A stretch of 64,000 bases of DNA from Callorhinchus milii. Lineage: Eukaryota. A model generated the notes under the pieces. The model did not search any database. It was given only the letters and a program-made list of their open reading frames with translations, and had not been told where the DNA came from. The stretch is taken from contig NW_024704743.1 of the NCBI RefSeq assembly GCF_018977255.1, positions 107,758,001 through 107,822,000 of the forward strand. The letters run 5' to 3'. The translations under genes were made by a program, and so were the position numbers. Below are positions 50,420 to 62,541 of the stretch, piece by piece (the first letter of the stretch is position 1; every line of letters begins with the position of its first letter).

Positions 50420-51180
50420 TAATAGATTCAATAAATACACATGAAAATGCCATTCAGCCCATCAAATCTTTGCTGGTGTTTTTCTCCACATCTGTCACTG
50501 AATCCAGTCTCGCTCAGCTGCACACTACTACATTTTCATATTCATCTTTTGAAATATCTAATTCTCTTTCAAAATAACTAATTTTTACTATTACTAGTAT
50601 TTTCTACCACAAACCATTGCTGAAGCGATAGTGAAAATACAACAACAAATTGCCTTTATATAGCACCTTTCACATCGGGAGGATGTCCCAAGACATTGGA
50701 CAGTCGAGGGTTTGCACGAAGCTGGGGGTTAATGAAGAAAGTTGGGGGCCAAGCAGGTGGGGGAGATAACCAAAGTCATGGTCAAAGAAGGGGCAAGGCG
50801 AAAGGTCTCTGGGATGGAGTTCCAGAGAGTGGGGGCAGAAAGGCTGAAGGCCCCACCATTCATGGTGAGGTGGGTATGATGGGGGACATGAAGCCTGTCG
50901 AGCGGAGAGAGCGGGCAGGTTGGTAGGGTTTAAGAAGGTCACAGAAGTAGGATGGGACAAGACCTTGGAGCGATTTAAAAGTGAGCATGAGGATTTTGAA
51001 CTCTGTTGAACAATAGTAAAAAAAAGTAATTCCTAACCTCCCCTTTAATTTACTTTTTGCAATGATCTTAAATATGTGCCTTCTCCTTGCTGACTAATGG
51101 AAATAATCTACCCCTATTTATCCTTTTATAATGCTTCATCATGTTGAAGACCTCTGTCAAGTCATCTCTTAACCTTCTAT
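50420..51180 (-). mobile_element. Old CR1-like 3' fragment hosting an L2 insertion
   Basis: gccattcagcccatc tail, and tcatcatgttgaagacctctgtcaagtcatctcttaacct (reverse of an RLRxDLxEVF-type motif). Confidence 0.55.
50638..51003 (-). mobile_element. L2 3' fragment
   Basis: (CAA)n...tatagcacctttcacatcgggaggatgtcccaag...gaggattttgaactc. Confidence 0.8.
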
Positions 51181-51589
51181 CATAATTTGTTCCAGCAGCT
51201 GAGTACATCTAAGGGGCTACTCTGTAAAGAAATTCCCTAAGTGTTTTCTATTAATTGTTTTTATCGGTTTATCAGTTGAAAATATTTTCATAATTTAATA
51301 GGTTAATTATTTATCAATATGTTATTACAGAGCACTTTCCCTCGCCATGGAGAACTGATGATGTCACTCCGGTGAACCAAATCTGAGCGGTATATTTGCA
51401 GTTGGTTATCCCTGTTACTCTGGCTTTTTATTACCTCTTTAACTAATATGATGCAGCAAACGAAGAATCAAAGACAAACTTGCCTGATTATAACCTTCAC
51501 ATTTAGGTGCACAAATTGCGGGGATGGATGTGTTTACATTCTACCACAAAACTGATTTTGCACCAATGATGATGGATGTTAACTTAGTT

Positions 51590-51980
51590 AATATTAATAA
51601 CCTTTACCTTCAATGCATCACCTATAGAATATTTCAAAGCTCTTTGCAAGGTCTTTGTAAGATGTGCTGATTGTGCAGCTGTAGGCAAACCTGGTAGCCG
51701 ATTTGTGTGTAGCATTGCTCCACAAAGACCGATGAGGTGAATGAACAGTTTTTTGTCTGGGGATTTGTTGTCCATGGAATCAGGAGAAACTCCCTCCTCT
51801 TTCTGAAAAGTGTCATGGATCTATAATATGCACTTGAAGAGGCAGACCGGAACCTTTAATGTCTTAACCAAAGGGTGGCATCTTCTACAATGAAAAGCCC
51901 TGCAGTGCAGTGTCAACCTTGACTGTCAGCTCAGTGACCCAATGTGGGGTGTGAACCCACAATTTTGTGACTCAGAGGCA
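51590..51980 (-). mobile_element. Old DeuSINE-like element
   Basis: Diverged core and head gaacccacaattttgtgactcagaggcaag. Confidence 0.65.
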
Positions 51981-52143
51981 AGAATCCTACACACTGAGCC
52001 CAGGGACGCCATGATAAGCATGGGGTGTGTTTTCTTGGGGTGGGGGGGATTTCATTTATTTCGAAGTGTTATGCAATTTAAGCAGTTGTTTTATTTTGTG
52101 ACAGTGTGTGAGGTGAAATTCACCCATTCCAGTGAAATTCGCT

Positions 52144-52523
52144 GGAGTCCTGTAGCTTGGTTAGAGCATTTGCCTCGCAAGCGAGACTTAGGTTCAATTC
52201 CCAGGCAGGGCGAAACATTGGGCAAGTTTCCTTAAGTCACACGCCTCTGTTTACCTCGCAGTGAGTAGGAAGCTGGCTGTTGGTCAATTGGCAGATCATT
52301 TATCCAGGGATAATAATTCCTTCGAAAAAAATAATAAATTGGTCACTTCAATCCACGACTGTTTATGGGACACTGCTGTGTGCAATTGGCTGCCGCGTTT
52401 CTCCCACAAAACATATAGTCAATTCACTTTACTAGTGAATTCACTTTACTACTCCTTGTGAAGCACGTTGAGACATCTCAAAGATGTGATGAGGTGAGAT
52501 ATCAAATGCAAGGATTATTATTA
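52144..52523 (+). mobile_element. Full-length tRNA-derived SINE, long-middle subtype
   Basis: Head ggagtcctgtagct, middle gcctctgtttacctcgcagtgagtagg, tail. Confidence 0.9.
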
Positions 52524-53494
52524 TATAAAATGAATTCGCCGATTTTTAATCTGAGGAATTATTCTGCAGGATATCAGGATCTCCAGAGCCATACGTCCAA
52601 GCAATACACAATTTTGTGCTCCTTCTCCATTTGCTAGGAAAATTGCGAACACAACACTTTGTACTTGTAAATGAGCGAACGGCAATTACACTCAGAACAA
52701 TGCCAATGGGGATTTGAGCAAAATTTGATTTCCTTCCCTAAGATCAGCATTAGGAGGACAGAAGCCTTGTATGACAAAAAGAATGGTGGGCTGAGGCAAG
52801 ACAGCAAGCAGAAACCCTGAAGAGTGGTGGCGTGTATTAAGCAATCATTTATTTTCAGTCCAGTGGAAGAGTCAATAATTTAGCTGTCTTCCTATTTACA
52901 ATAACCTTGATAGATGGATTTGTGGGACTCTTTTGACCTTCCTTCTGCTATCTGTGAAGAAAGTACATACAGTAGTTGGCAACCCTCTCACAGTGATATT
53001 ACCTATTGGCTTTGAGGCATATGTTTAAATATACAGTGTCTATGACAACCTTTAAGTAAGCAAAATAAGCTCTGGTAGATCTGAACACTGCAGCAGAAGG
53101 AACAGATGTACACTGAGGCTGTATCAAGCTCCTGCATTATTGGTCTTTGCTCTTCAATTTCACCTTGGCTTCTTTTCTCTTGTATTGTTACTCCAGGATT
53201 TTAAGAAGACCCACTGCTCTCAAGTGCAATGTGCTTCTCACTCGGCAGTAGAATAAAAGGTTATTATTAGGCAACCGTCCATATGGCAACAGGGCCTCTC
53301 TCTCTCTTTATTCAGTAAAGACAGATTCCCTCTTACCTCACTCACCACCTTGCCCTACACAGTTACAATAATAACAATAAATTACCACAAGCCACTGTCT
53401 ACAAAATTAGATGAGGTGGAAAAGAAATGTTTTATCTGTACGCAAACATTATAGATCCCACAGCACTGTTCAAAAAGAGATGGAAGCTTTCTAC

Positions 53495-53920
53495 ACATCC
53501 CTCAGTCCCCTCCATTCCACCATCAGTGGACTACGCCCTGAAACCTTGTAACACTCTGCCTCAATCCCTCTACCTTACCCCTTCCTTGTCCATTTTTAGA
53601 TCACATCTGAAGACCATCCGCTTTTACTTTGGTTAGTCACTTCGCCTCTCTCCCTGGTTCGGAATCAACTTCACCGCGGTTAAGTATTCTGAGACTCTAC
53701 CCATGTGGAGGGCACTGTATCAATGCAAGTTGTTGTTTATCCCACTAGCTTTAATTATGAGGCCAATCTCATAATTCACTTCATGGCAGTTTGTGGAACA
53801 TTGCTGTGTGCAAATTGGCTGCTACATTTGCCTAAAAATACAGCAGATCCAATGAAGTGCTTTGAGATAGCTCAATGATGTGATGAGGCTCTGTATCCAA
53901 TACAAGGATTCTATTATTAT
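53495..53920 (+). mobile_element. Old L2 3' fragment followed by a SINE 3' fragment
   Basis: C-rich L2 end with caatgcaagttgttg tail, then cacttcatggc.gtttgtgg...aaggatt.tattatt. Confidence 0.6.
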
Positions 53921-56900
53921 AAATTTAGCCAGCAGTCTCTCAGGTGTCTGTCTGACTTTGCTTTTGGACTGCTGTTCTAAGCCTTGCTCAGGGCTATCTG
54001 TGCCTGAGAGCAGAGCCTCTTTGAAAAAGTAGGCCAAGTCTCCAAAGCAGGCCTTTTCCTCCCTGCCTGCTGGCTTCAATGGATCTAAGTTGAATCCCAG
54101 GGAAGCTTGATTATACAAATTGGACTGAAGACAGTTTTCCTCAAGTGAGGTCTTGACCCTGACACTATGAATGGTATTTCATCAATTAAGCACAAGGTGT
54201 TCTCCTTTAGTTCCTTCACATTTATCTGAGTACCTGGTCTATGACAATGCTTTAGTACCCCGAGGGCTCACCCATTTCATGTGGAACATGCTTCAGTGCC
54301 TGTGCACATCACTTTAACCTTCATTTAAATTTAATACAATACAAATCTACATTTATATAGCGCCTTTCACATCGGGAGGATATCCCAAGTTGCTGGACAA
54401 TCTACGATTGCACAAGAGGGGTGGGGGCCAAGGGAGTGTGAGGCAAGGGAAATAAGGGGGAAGAAGACTGCTGAAAACACAAAATACTGAAATTGGAGCT
54501 TATTCTATCCCAGGGATTTAATCCTTTCCTGTGCTGCTGACGATGACGCAAATTTAATATGGCCTCTTAATTTGTGTCATCAAGAAAATTCTCTTGATGT
54601 TAATGTTGGAGTCTACCTGAAGCACTCCAATAATGCCCCGGACACAACTCAACAATCTAACCCATTTCTAAGTGGCTCTTAAAGTGGTTAGTACTGAATT
54701 CCACCAGGAACCAACCAACCACCTGAGGTTAGCTGGTTAATTGCCTGGAGTCCCCATCAAGACTCCCCAGATACAGGCACTGCCACTGTTTGACACTATC
54801 AGAGCTGTCTCATTCACGCCCAGATCTACCTCCAGCTTTCCACTACCACAGCTTGTATCTGGATTGGAGATCACTTACTGTGAATGTTTCTTATGCTTAT
54901 TCATGACTAAATCCAGAACCTTTTTTTCTTTTTATCCCTGTTTGTCAGGGATGGAATTGTCCATTGGAAGAAACATTCCTCAATGATTCCTTCAAACAGG
55001 TGGACATTTCCTGAACTAGTTCCAATTGTTGCTAACCAACTACTGATCCCTCTTTAACCCCAATATGTTACTCACCACTCTCACAATTGTTTGGGAAGTG
55101 ATTAAAGGAGCAGTGGAAATTTAGCCCATCCTTTAATTCCTTCAACCCCCAGCTGTTGGCCTAGATATGATACATATGATAAATATTGCATTGTGTCTTG
55201 TCATTCTCACGTCAAGAGATCTTTATACCATGTAATGCATCTTCTCTTCTTGATGCTCTCAGATTCACACTAAAAATGATTGACTGAAAGCCCATCCATG
55301 TTAGAAAGAAGTTTTAATTTCCGAGCTGGAGACGTGAGATTGAATACCAATCTCAATTGTCACTTGAACTAAAATACTTTGGATTGGCAGGTTTTGCCTT
55401 TCCTTGGCCCCCGGACTTGAGAGCATAGTCCAGGCTGACACTTGAGTGCAGTATTGGAGGAGCTCTGTGTTGTTGCAGATATTGTCTTTCAGATGAGAAG
55501 TTAAACCAAGGTCCTGTTTTTAGGTGGACGTGAAAGATCCTATGACACTATCGGAAAAGAGAAATCTGCAGAAAGGTTTTTTGTCCACTAACCTCCTTGT
55601 ATCTCATTCATTCTTTTGCAGCTCGCTTTTCTTCTGTTTTCACAATTTCGTTAGTGTTTCCTGGGGATAAAAACCGTAAAAACTAGTACAAAGCGGAAAT
55701 GTTATTTTTTCAACAGCAAAAAAGGCCCCTTTTGCCAAGAAACACCAAAACTCCAGCCAAGAGTCAAAAAGATTGTCTGACCAATCCGTCAAGCGCTGAT
55801 CTAATTTAAGATCACAGAATTGTGGTGTAAGTGCACAGGAAAAATATCACCCTGGCTTAATACTCAAATTCCTTTGTATAAACAGAAAGTTGGGTGATAA
55901 TAGTGCTAGGAAATAGAACTCCTCTCTATTTGTTCAGAGCTCTGAGACGCTACCGTGCGTGAAGGATCCTATATAAATACAAGTTGTTGTTGTCGTCTTT
56001 TTTACTTGTTGCACTCATTGCCAGTGCTGAGCCTTTCCCGGTTAGGTAAGTGAGTGTAAAATACAATATGTGTTGTGATAATTGTCACTGTATTTCTCGC
56101 CACATGATACCCATTAGATACTTTGAAACTCTTTGGTTCCAACGATGCATCTTATCCCAAAATGTGGCACAGCACACCACCCTCAGACAGCACCCCACCT
56201 AGAGCAACATGACAGTGATGCCTCTGCCAACCCACTAAGCGTCAGTCACCAGGAGCATCACATATCTGAATGTTGTGATAGTAAGGGGTTTAATCCACAT
56301 GGCCCGATCTTGCAGCACTCACTTTCATCTTGGAGGCTGTGCAGTGATGCCAAAGTGAAGACACCTATCAATCAGACACACTTCCCTGGAATCCCTTAGG
56401 AATTTCCTGCAGTGATGCTCATTTTGTGTGGATCTCACAGATTGGGAATGGAGGAGGGGAAGGGGCTTGTCCAATCATCACGTAGCATACATAATGCCGT
56501 TATACATGCGGTACTTTGTCATGTCTGACATGCGAGGGTCTTTGGTCTATGCTGCTGGTAGCCAGATCCTCCCCTCCCCTCCCCTAACCCAACATGAGCA
56601 TGTGGACTCCTGGCCCCCAGAACTGTCTCGAGTGGAAAGTAAACACATCACTGTCAATAGCAGGAAGAATCAACATCTGATTGTCAGTCCCTCAACCCTG
56701 GCGCCGTTCATCCGACCTCTGGCTAAAGCTAAAAGCCATGATTTTCAAAAAGCGAGAGATGCGTGGAAGAGACGACAGTCACCCAGCTATGATTTACAGC
56801 GATGTGGCCCAGAACTGAAAATCCTTATCCTGTCAGCGTGTGTTTAATGGAGAACAGATTTTGTGGAACATTTCAGCCTTCCTCTGGGGCCTGAATGCAA

Positions 56901-57120
56901 TCTTCTGCAATGCCACTGGCTTGTCACGTCTATCACCATCTGGAGACTGGAGCTGGCATTTGATTCTTCCAGCTTTGCAGTGAGAAGATGAAGCTGATAA
57001 GTTGGTCAGTTCAAGCACAGTGCTATGTAGTCAAATACTGCTGGATGAATTCACCTGCTGTTGATTCATTCCTGTTTTTCCCTCTCCCATAAGGATAGGT
57101 ACCGGCTGAGTGGAACGTAT

Positions 57121-57300
57121 AATAATAATAATAATAATAACCCTTGCATTTGATATAGCACCTTATCACGTCTTGGAGATGTCTCAAAGTGCTTCACAGA
57201 ATATCCTGTAAAGTGAAATTGACCGTGTATTTGGGCGCGAAACTCATGTGCAATTCGCACAGCAGTGTCCCACAAACAGTCCTGGATTGAGTGACCAACG
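57121..57300 (-). mobile_element. 5'-truncated SINE
   Basis: (AAT)n tail and body. Confidence 0.85.
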
Positions 57301-57680
57301 TATTATATATACAAGGGATACAGCAGTGTTCTATGGCTAGGAGCAGGGACAAATGGGAAATATGTTTGTATGGAGGGAGCAGGTCAGGGTGGATGGAGGA
57401 TATTATAAAGTTAATTTCAAATAGCCTTTTCTCATGGTGTGTATTTTTAAGCGCTTCGAGACACCAACTGGCATGAGGGGCGCTATATAAATGTAAGTTG
57501 TTGTTGTTGTTCCTATGTTCAGACTTCCAAAAATGTATTTTAAGTTTTCAAAAAAAATGTATTTTTCTTTAAATTAGTAAGAAAGTGTGTCACTCCTCAT
57601 GTAATTTGCCTTTTAATTTAATGATTGTTGTTTGTAAGACATTACTGGAGCAGAATTAATGCAGGGTATGCCTACAGTGT

Positions 57681-57900
57681 CTAATAATAATCCCTCCAAA
57701 ACCCCAAACAATAATAAATTGGTCATTTTCAATCCACGAATGTTTGTGGGACATTGCTGTGCGCAATTGGCTGCCGCGTTCGCCCACAAATATACAGTCA
57801 ATTCACTTTACAGTGTGTTCTGTGAAGCGCTTTGGGACGTCCTCCCGACGTGAAAAGCGCTATATCAAATGAAAGGATTATTATTATTATTATTATTATT
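57681..57900 (+). mobile_element. 5'-truncated young SINE
   Basis: Nearly identical to the 3' two-thirds of the 44696-45027 copy; (ATT)n tail. Confidence 0.9.
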
Positions 57901-58541
57901 AGTGTCTGAATTTCTAATTCTGGTTCTGTAAAGTGCTCTGATTCATTTATTTTACAGAAAGGCACTAAATAAATGCAGTAACTCCAGTGAAACTCTTTGA
58001 GATGTCTCAAAAGTGTGATAAGATGCTGTATCAAAATGCAAGGTTTTTTTGTTATTATTTCAGCTTTTGTTTGTTGTTGGTGCATATTATTTTGATCAAC
58101 TGCAATCAAACTTATTTTCAGCAACCACTCAGGGATTGGACCAAAATGGCCTTTATGTAAGGGTGGCCTCTGAGTAAGGGATCGTTGGGTCGTTGATTGG
58201 GCCCAAATTTTTTTTATAAACTCCTGCTAGACTCTTAGTGACATTTACCAACACTGCTTCGCTCACCGGTGAGGCGGAAAGTTGTGGGCATCACAACGGC
58301 TGCTCTGCTCATTGTTGGTAAATGTGCTAGACATCTAGTGGGAGTCTACACGTGGGCCCCCACAAATTGTTGATGCATTTAAAGTACATTTAAATTCACT
58401 TAGAAAAGGTGTCTGTACACTGACAGGCCTACAAAAAGAGTGGCCACTGGTTGCAATAGACCGGTGGTTGTTAATCAAAGGTGGTTTATTATGGAAAATG
58501 AATCAGTACTGTTCCACAGTGATTGTCAACCGAGGGTGGTT

Positions 58542-58611
58542 AACATAACATAACATAACATAACATAACATAACATAACATAACATAACATAACATAACA
58601 TAACATAACAT
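58542..58611. repeat. Perfect (AACAT)14 microsatellite forming the CR1 tail
   Basis: Read directly from the sequence. Confidence 0.95.
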
Positions 58612-59332
58612 GTAGGAGCAGGACTAGGCCATTCGGCCCTTCGAACCTGCCCCGCCATTCAATCATGGCTGATCTTCTAATCTAACTCCAGCTAATAACC
58701 TAACCCTGCCTTATCCCCATATCCCTTAATCCCTTTTGCAATAAGAAATCTATCTCAGTCTTGAATACGTTCAAGGACTGAACGTCAACAGCCCTTTGGG
58801 GTAGTGAGTTCCATACATTCACCACCCTTTGAGTGAAGAAGTTCTTCCTCAACTCAGTGCGAAAGGGCTGGCCTCTGATTTTAAGGTTGTGACCCCTGGT
58901 TTTAGTTTCTCCAACCAGGGGAAACAATCTCCCACTATCTACTCTATCATGCCCTTTGATGATCTTATAGGTTTCTATAAGATCCCCTCTAATTCTTCTA
59001 TATTCTAGAGAATATAGGCCCAAATTGGTCAGCCTATCCTCGTAACTCATCCCCTTCATCCCTGGTACTAACCTAGTAAATCTACGCTGCACCCCCTCCA
59101 AGACAAGTACATCCTTCCTTAAATAAGGAGACCAAAACTGCACACAGTATTCCAGGTGTGGTCTCACCAGGGCCCTATACAGTTGCAGCAAGACTTCCCT
59201 ACTCTTATACTCTAATCCTTTCATAATGAATGCTAACATACCGTTCGCCTTCCTAATTGTTTGCTGCACCTGCAGACTAACTTTCTGTGATTGGTGTACA
59301 AGGACACCCAAGTCCCTCTGGACGCTAACTCA
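58542..59332 (-). mobile_element. Young 5'-truncated CR1 LINE (ORF2 C-terminus plus 3' UTR)
   Basis: Open frame ...LQLYRALVRPHLEYCVQFWSPY...FFTQRVVNVWNSLP; TSD GTGGTT (58536-58541 and 59333-59338). Confidence 0.95.
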
Positions 59333-61886
59333 GTGGTTGCTAAGTAGAGGTGGTTGCTTTAATACATTTGACTGTATTCTATTACAGCTTTAGTCAGACT
59401 GCCATTGAATCCAATTCATGTTTGCTAATTCTATATAGTATTGCCCTACTTCATTGACTTACTTTGTGCTGAAAGTTTTAAAACTAATCATTTTCTTGCT
59501 CATGATTTCCAGGCATTTTAAGTTCTAATTATGCTGGCACATGCTTGTTAGATCGAGATCCTCTGTCAGGCAGAGTGCTCACCCTGAATACGTGACTGCG
59601 ATGTTATTGCCTAGTAATTTGTTGGAGCTGTGTGCTTCTGGATGTCGCTGTCACTGATAGCAAGCTTGGAATTAATTTCATTTTCAAGAAAACAAATGTA
59701 TTGGATAAATAGATTGAAAGCAATTTCAAAATTGTGGAGGGGACTGCGGCTTTAAAAGCAAGACATTTGTTGCATAGTCAAACACGCTGGAAACCATGGA
59801 GACTGACAGACTGAAGTAACTTGAAAAGCCCAGTGGGAGACTGACAGTGACAAATGAATCATTAACGATACCTACAATGACTCAAAAAAGAGTCAGTGGA
59901 TCCATATGGAAGCTAGACTCAGCATGCCCCATCAACCTCTCAACAATTTCTTCGTGACTGACAGCCAGATATTCTCCAACAGGCATGTTTTATGTTTTTT
60001 TCTGCCCCTCCTTTTTAGGTGCCTCACTGAAACTTCCACCTCCAGCCAGTAAATCAGGACGGTCAGAGACACTGGCCTTTCCACAACTGCATCAATGCTG
60101 CTCTTTGATCGATCAACAGATGCGCTTCTGATGGCTGGGCCGGGACTGGGCAGTTTTTCTTCCTGTCTGACATGGAATGCGACACCTCAATTAATTGATC
60201 CATACAATGGCCTTGATGAAAATCGGTCAAACCCACTAAATGTAGGTTACTGGGTCTGAACGTCTGTTGAGGCTGGGATTTTACTGGGTCTTCTGGAAGG
60301 ATGTTGAATCTTTACCCTTTAAACCTCCTGGTTTGACTAATAACGTTTGAATGTTTAGCAGGGATTAAACAAAGTATAGAAATAATTACAGCAATTACAA
60401 TAATACATTTCACAGAATATATGGTAAAGTGTATATTTTGTGCATTTCATGGATGCATAAAGATAGCTCTACTTCACACACTTTATTTCACATTGCTGTG
60501 CCAGATTAATATAAGGAAGGTGGGTGATCCTTAAAGAGGAATTTTCTTACATTGAGTTTTGATCATTCTTAGATATATACAGTTAAAGGAACGTTAGCTT
60601 TCAGTTTTAGTATTGTATGTTATTTAATAGCACTATCTGAAATTATTTTTTTTCATCTTTCAGTCCTTTTTAAAAATTGAACTCTTTATTTGGAATCCAC
60701 AGTACAAGAACTGTATTGCGATCCCAAGAAGCAGCTTTGCAATTTTTCAGCTCATGTTTGTCTAACTTTTAACAGGCCCATAGAGTGTCTAATACATATT
60801 GTTCTGCTCTTAACGCAACCTCAAATGCAATGTGAGAACAAAAGAAATTCAATCCCCTTCTTCCCCTCCCCCCCCCACCGCCTAGCTATTTCTGTATAGA
60901 ATTGGTACAGCAAGGGGTCAGCATCAGCAATGCTGGTTAATAGCTGTCACTGGGTCACATATATAATTTATAGGTCACTACCCACTTTGGCCAGGCGCTG
61001 GAGTAACTAATGACTGTCTCCAAGCCAACCTATTTGCTCTTCCTTCATTATTTAACCCGCCCAACCTGATACTATCCCAACAGTGGGACCAGTAGATAGG
61101 AACCTCTGCTGGCAAGAGTGGAGCGAGCTCTTCCTCCAAGTGATAATTCACACTACTATAACCTTTGAGTAGCTTTCCGTAAACTTCCTATTAATGATTT
61201 TAAAGTCAACTTTACTTCCCACCCCCTTTTCCGATGTCCCTGTCATCCCACGACCTATACACTGTGGTGCTGGCTTTGCTCAGTTCAGTTGTGTGCTGTA
61301 ACCTTTGCTGTAGTGTGTGAAGTACAGGCATATCACTAATCGGGAAGCCTCAGGACAATCTCTATTTGTACTTGTCAAACAGCTGCAATGACCTCCCTCG
61401 CTCCCCTACCCCCACCACACTCACACACTGAGCACGTCCCACCCGCAGACACCCACTGGTCCCTTGGAAAGATACATAGGAATACAAACAACGCATTAAA
61501 ACTCTCAAACAAATGGTTGCAAGTTAAATAAATTAAAGAAAAACAGACAAAGGCTTCCTCTATCTTCCAGACATCTGCCGTCCGTGGCAATTAGACTAAT
61601 AACAGTGACACTTCCTCTGGAGTCCTTGTTGGGAGGACGTCATGTGATACTTTCAACAGAGGTAGATTCTGACTATAATTTCTTAAAGGGCCACTGCGGC
61701 CTACAAAAAGATACATTGTACAAGCTTGTCGCTATGAACAAAAGACACAATGGGACAATTTGTGTGAAGCCCATAGTGTGCCCCCTAGCTATTGACTGAG
61801 AGACACAACAGATCTGAAACCGCTACTATGGAGGCTTACCATTTATTAAGCTGCTCTGTCTTTGGCAACATCTTTCTGGAGTCATT

Positions 61887-62212
61887 CTGCCTGTTCAGGT
61901 GGACATTAAAGACCTCACAACAAAGAGAAGATAGCTTCCCTCCCCTCCCCCCAGTGTTAAGGCCAACATTCCCCCACATTAATTCATCATTCATCTCGTG
62001 GTTAGCCAGACACTAACCTTGAGTTAACATCTCATTTGGAGGATGAAACCTTCAGTAATGCAGCACACCTGTAGTATTGCATTGGAGTGTTAGCCTTAGT
62101 CTATATGAGTTCCAAGTCTCGAAATGGGATTTGAACCCACAATGTTCTGAGATCTGGAGCCTAAAACCCATAATCTTCTGACACAGAGGTAAATGTGCTA
62201 CCAAATGAGCCT
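61887..62212. mobile_element. DeuSINE-like element with adjacent parts in opposite orientations
   Basis: 5' half on - (62015-62212), following segment on + (61887-62003). Confidence 0.65.
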
Positions 62213-62464
62213 TGTTGCGTTTGGACTTTCAACAGATTTTGTGGTATAATTATCCCTTCTTTTGAGGACCACAGAATGCAGAGGCACTAGCCCTATGGTT
62301 CCAATGACTGAGCGATGTTACTTCACCTTCCAGTTGTCATACCTGAGACACCAAAACCTTCTCCATTGTCCTCCATCACAACCAGAAGTATTAAAGCCAC
62401 CCTCACTGCTTCTGGCTACATAGAAAAGAATGCATCATGTCACACTGATCTCTTTATTCACCAT

Positions 62465-62505
62465 TGGGACCTCCCGACGTGAAAAGCGCTATATCAAATG
62501 CAAGG

Positions 62506-62540
<35 letters not shown>
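62465..62540 (+). mobile_element. Solo young SINE tail with a long (ATT)n
   Basis: ttgggacctcccgacgtgaaaagcgctatatcaaatgcaagg(att)n. Confidence 0.85.

Positions 62541-62541
<1 letters not shown>

Larger units (their letters stand above)
58103..59374. mobile_element. Non-autonomous Tc1/mariner-pogo-like DNA transposon (MITE, ~475 bp without the insert)
   Basis: Left end caatcaaacttattttcagcaaccac versus reverse complement of the right end cagtcaaatgtattaaagcaaccac. TA follows the right end, TG precedes the left. Subterminal ggtggtt repeats. Confidence 0.7.

Noticed and set aside
53268..53292. RFX X-box-like sequence (gtccatatggcaac)
   Set aside because: Only one good half-site, isolated, compatible with chance.
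58700..59311. 203-aa ORF as a host gene
   Set aside because: It is a 5'-truncated CR1 ORF2 C-terminus bounded by TSDs, with no real start codon.
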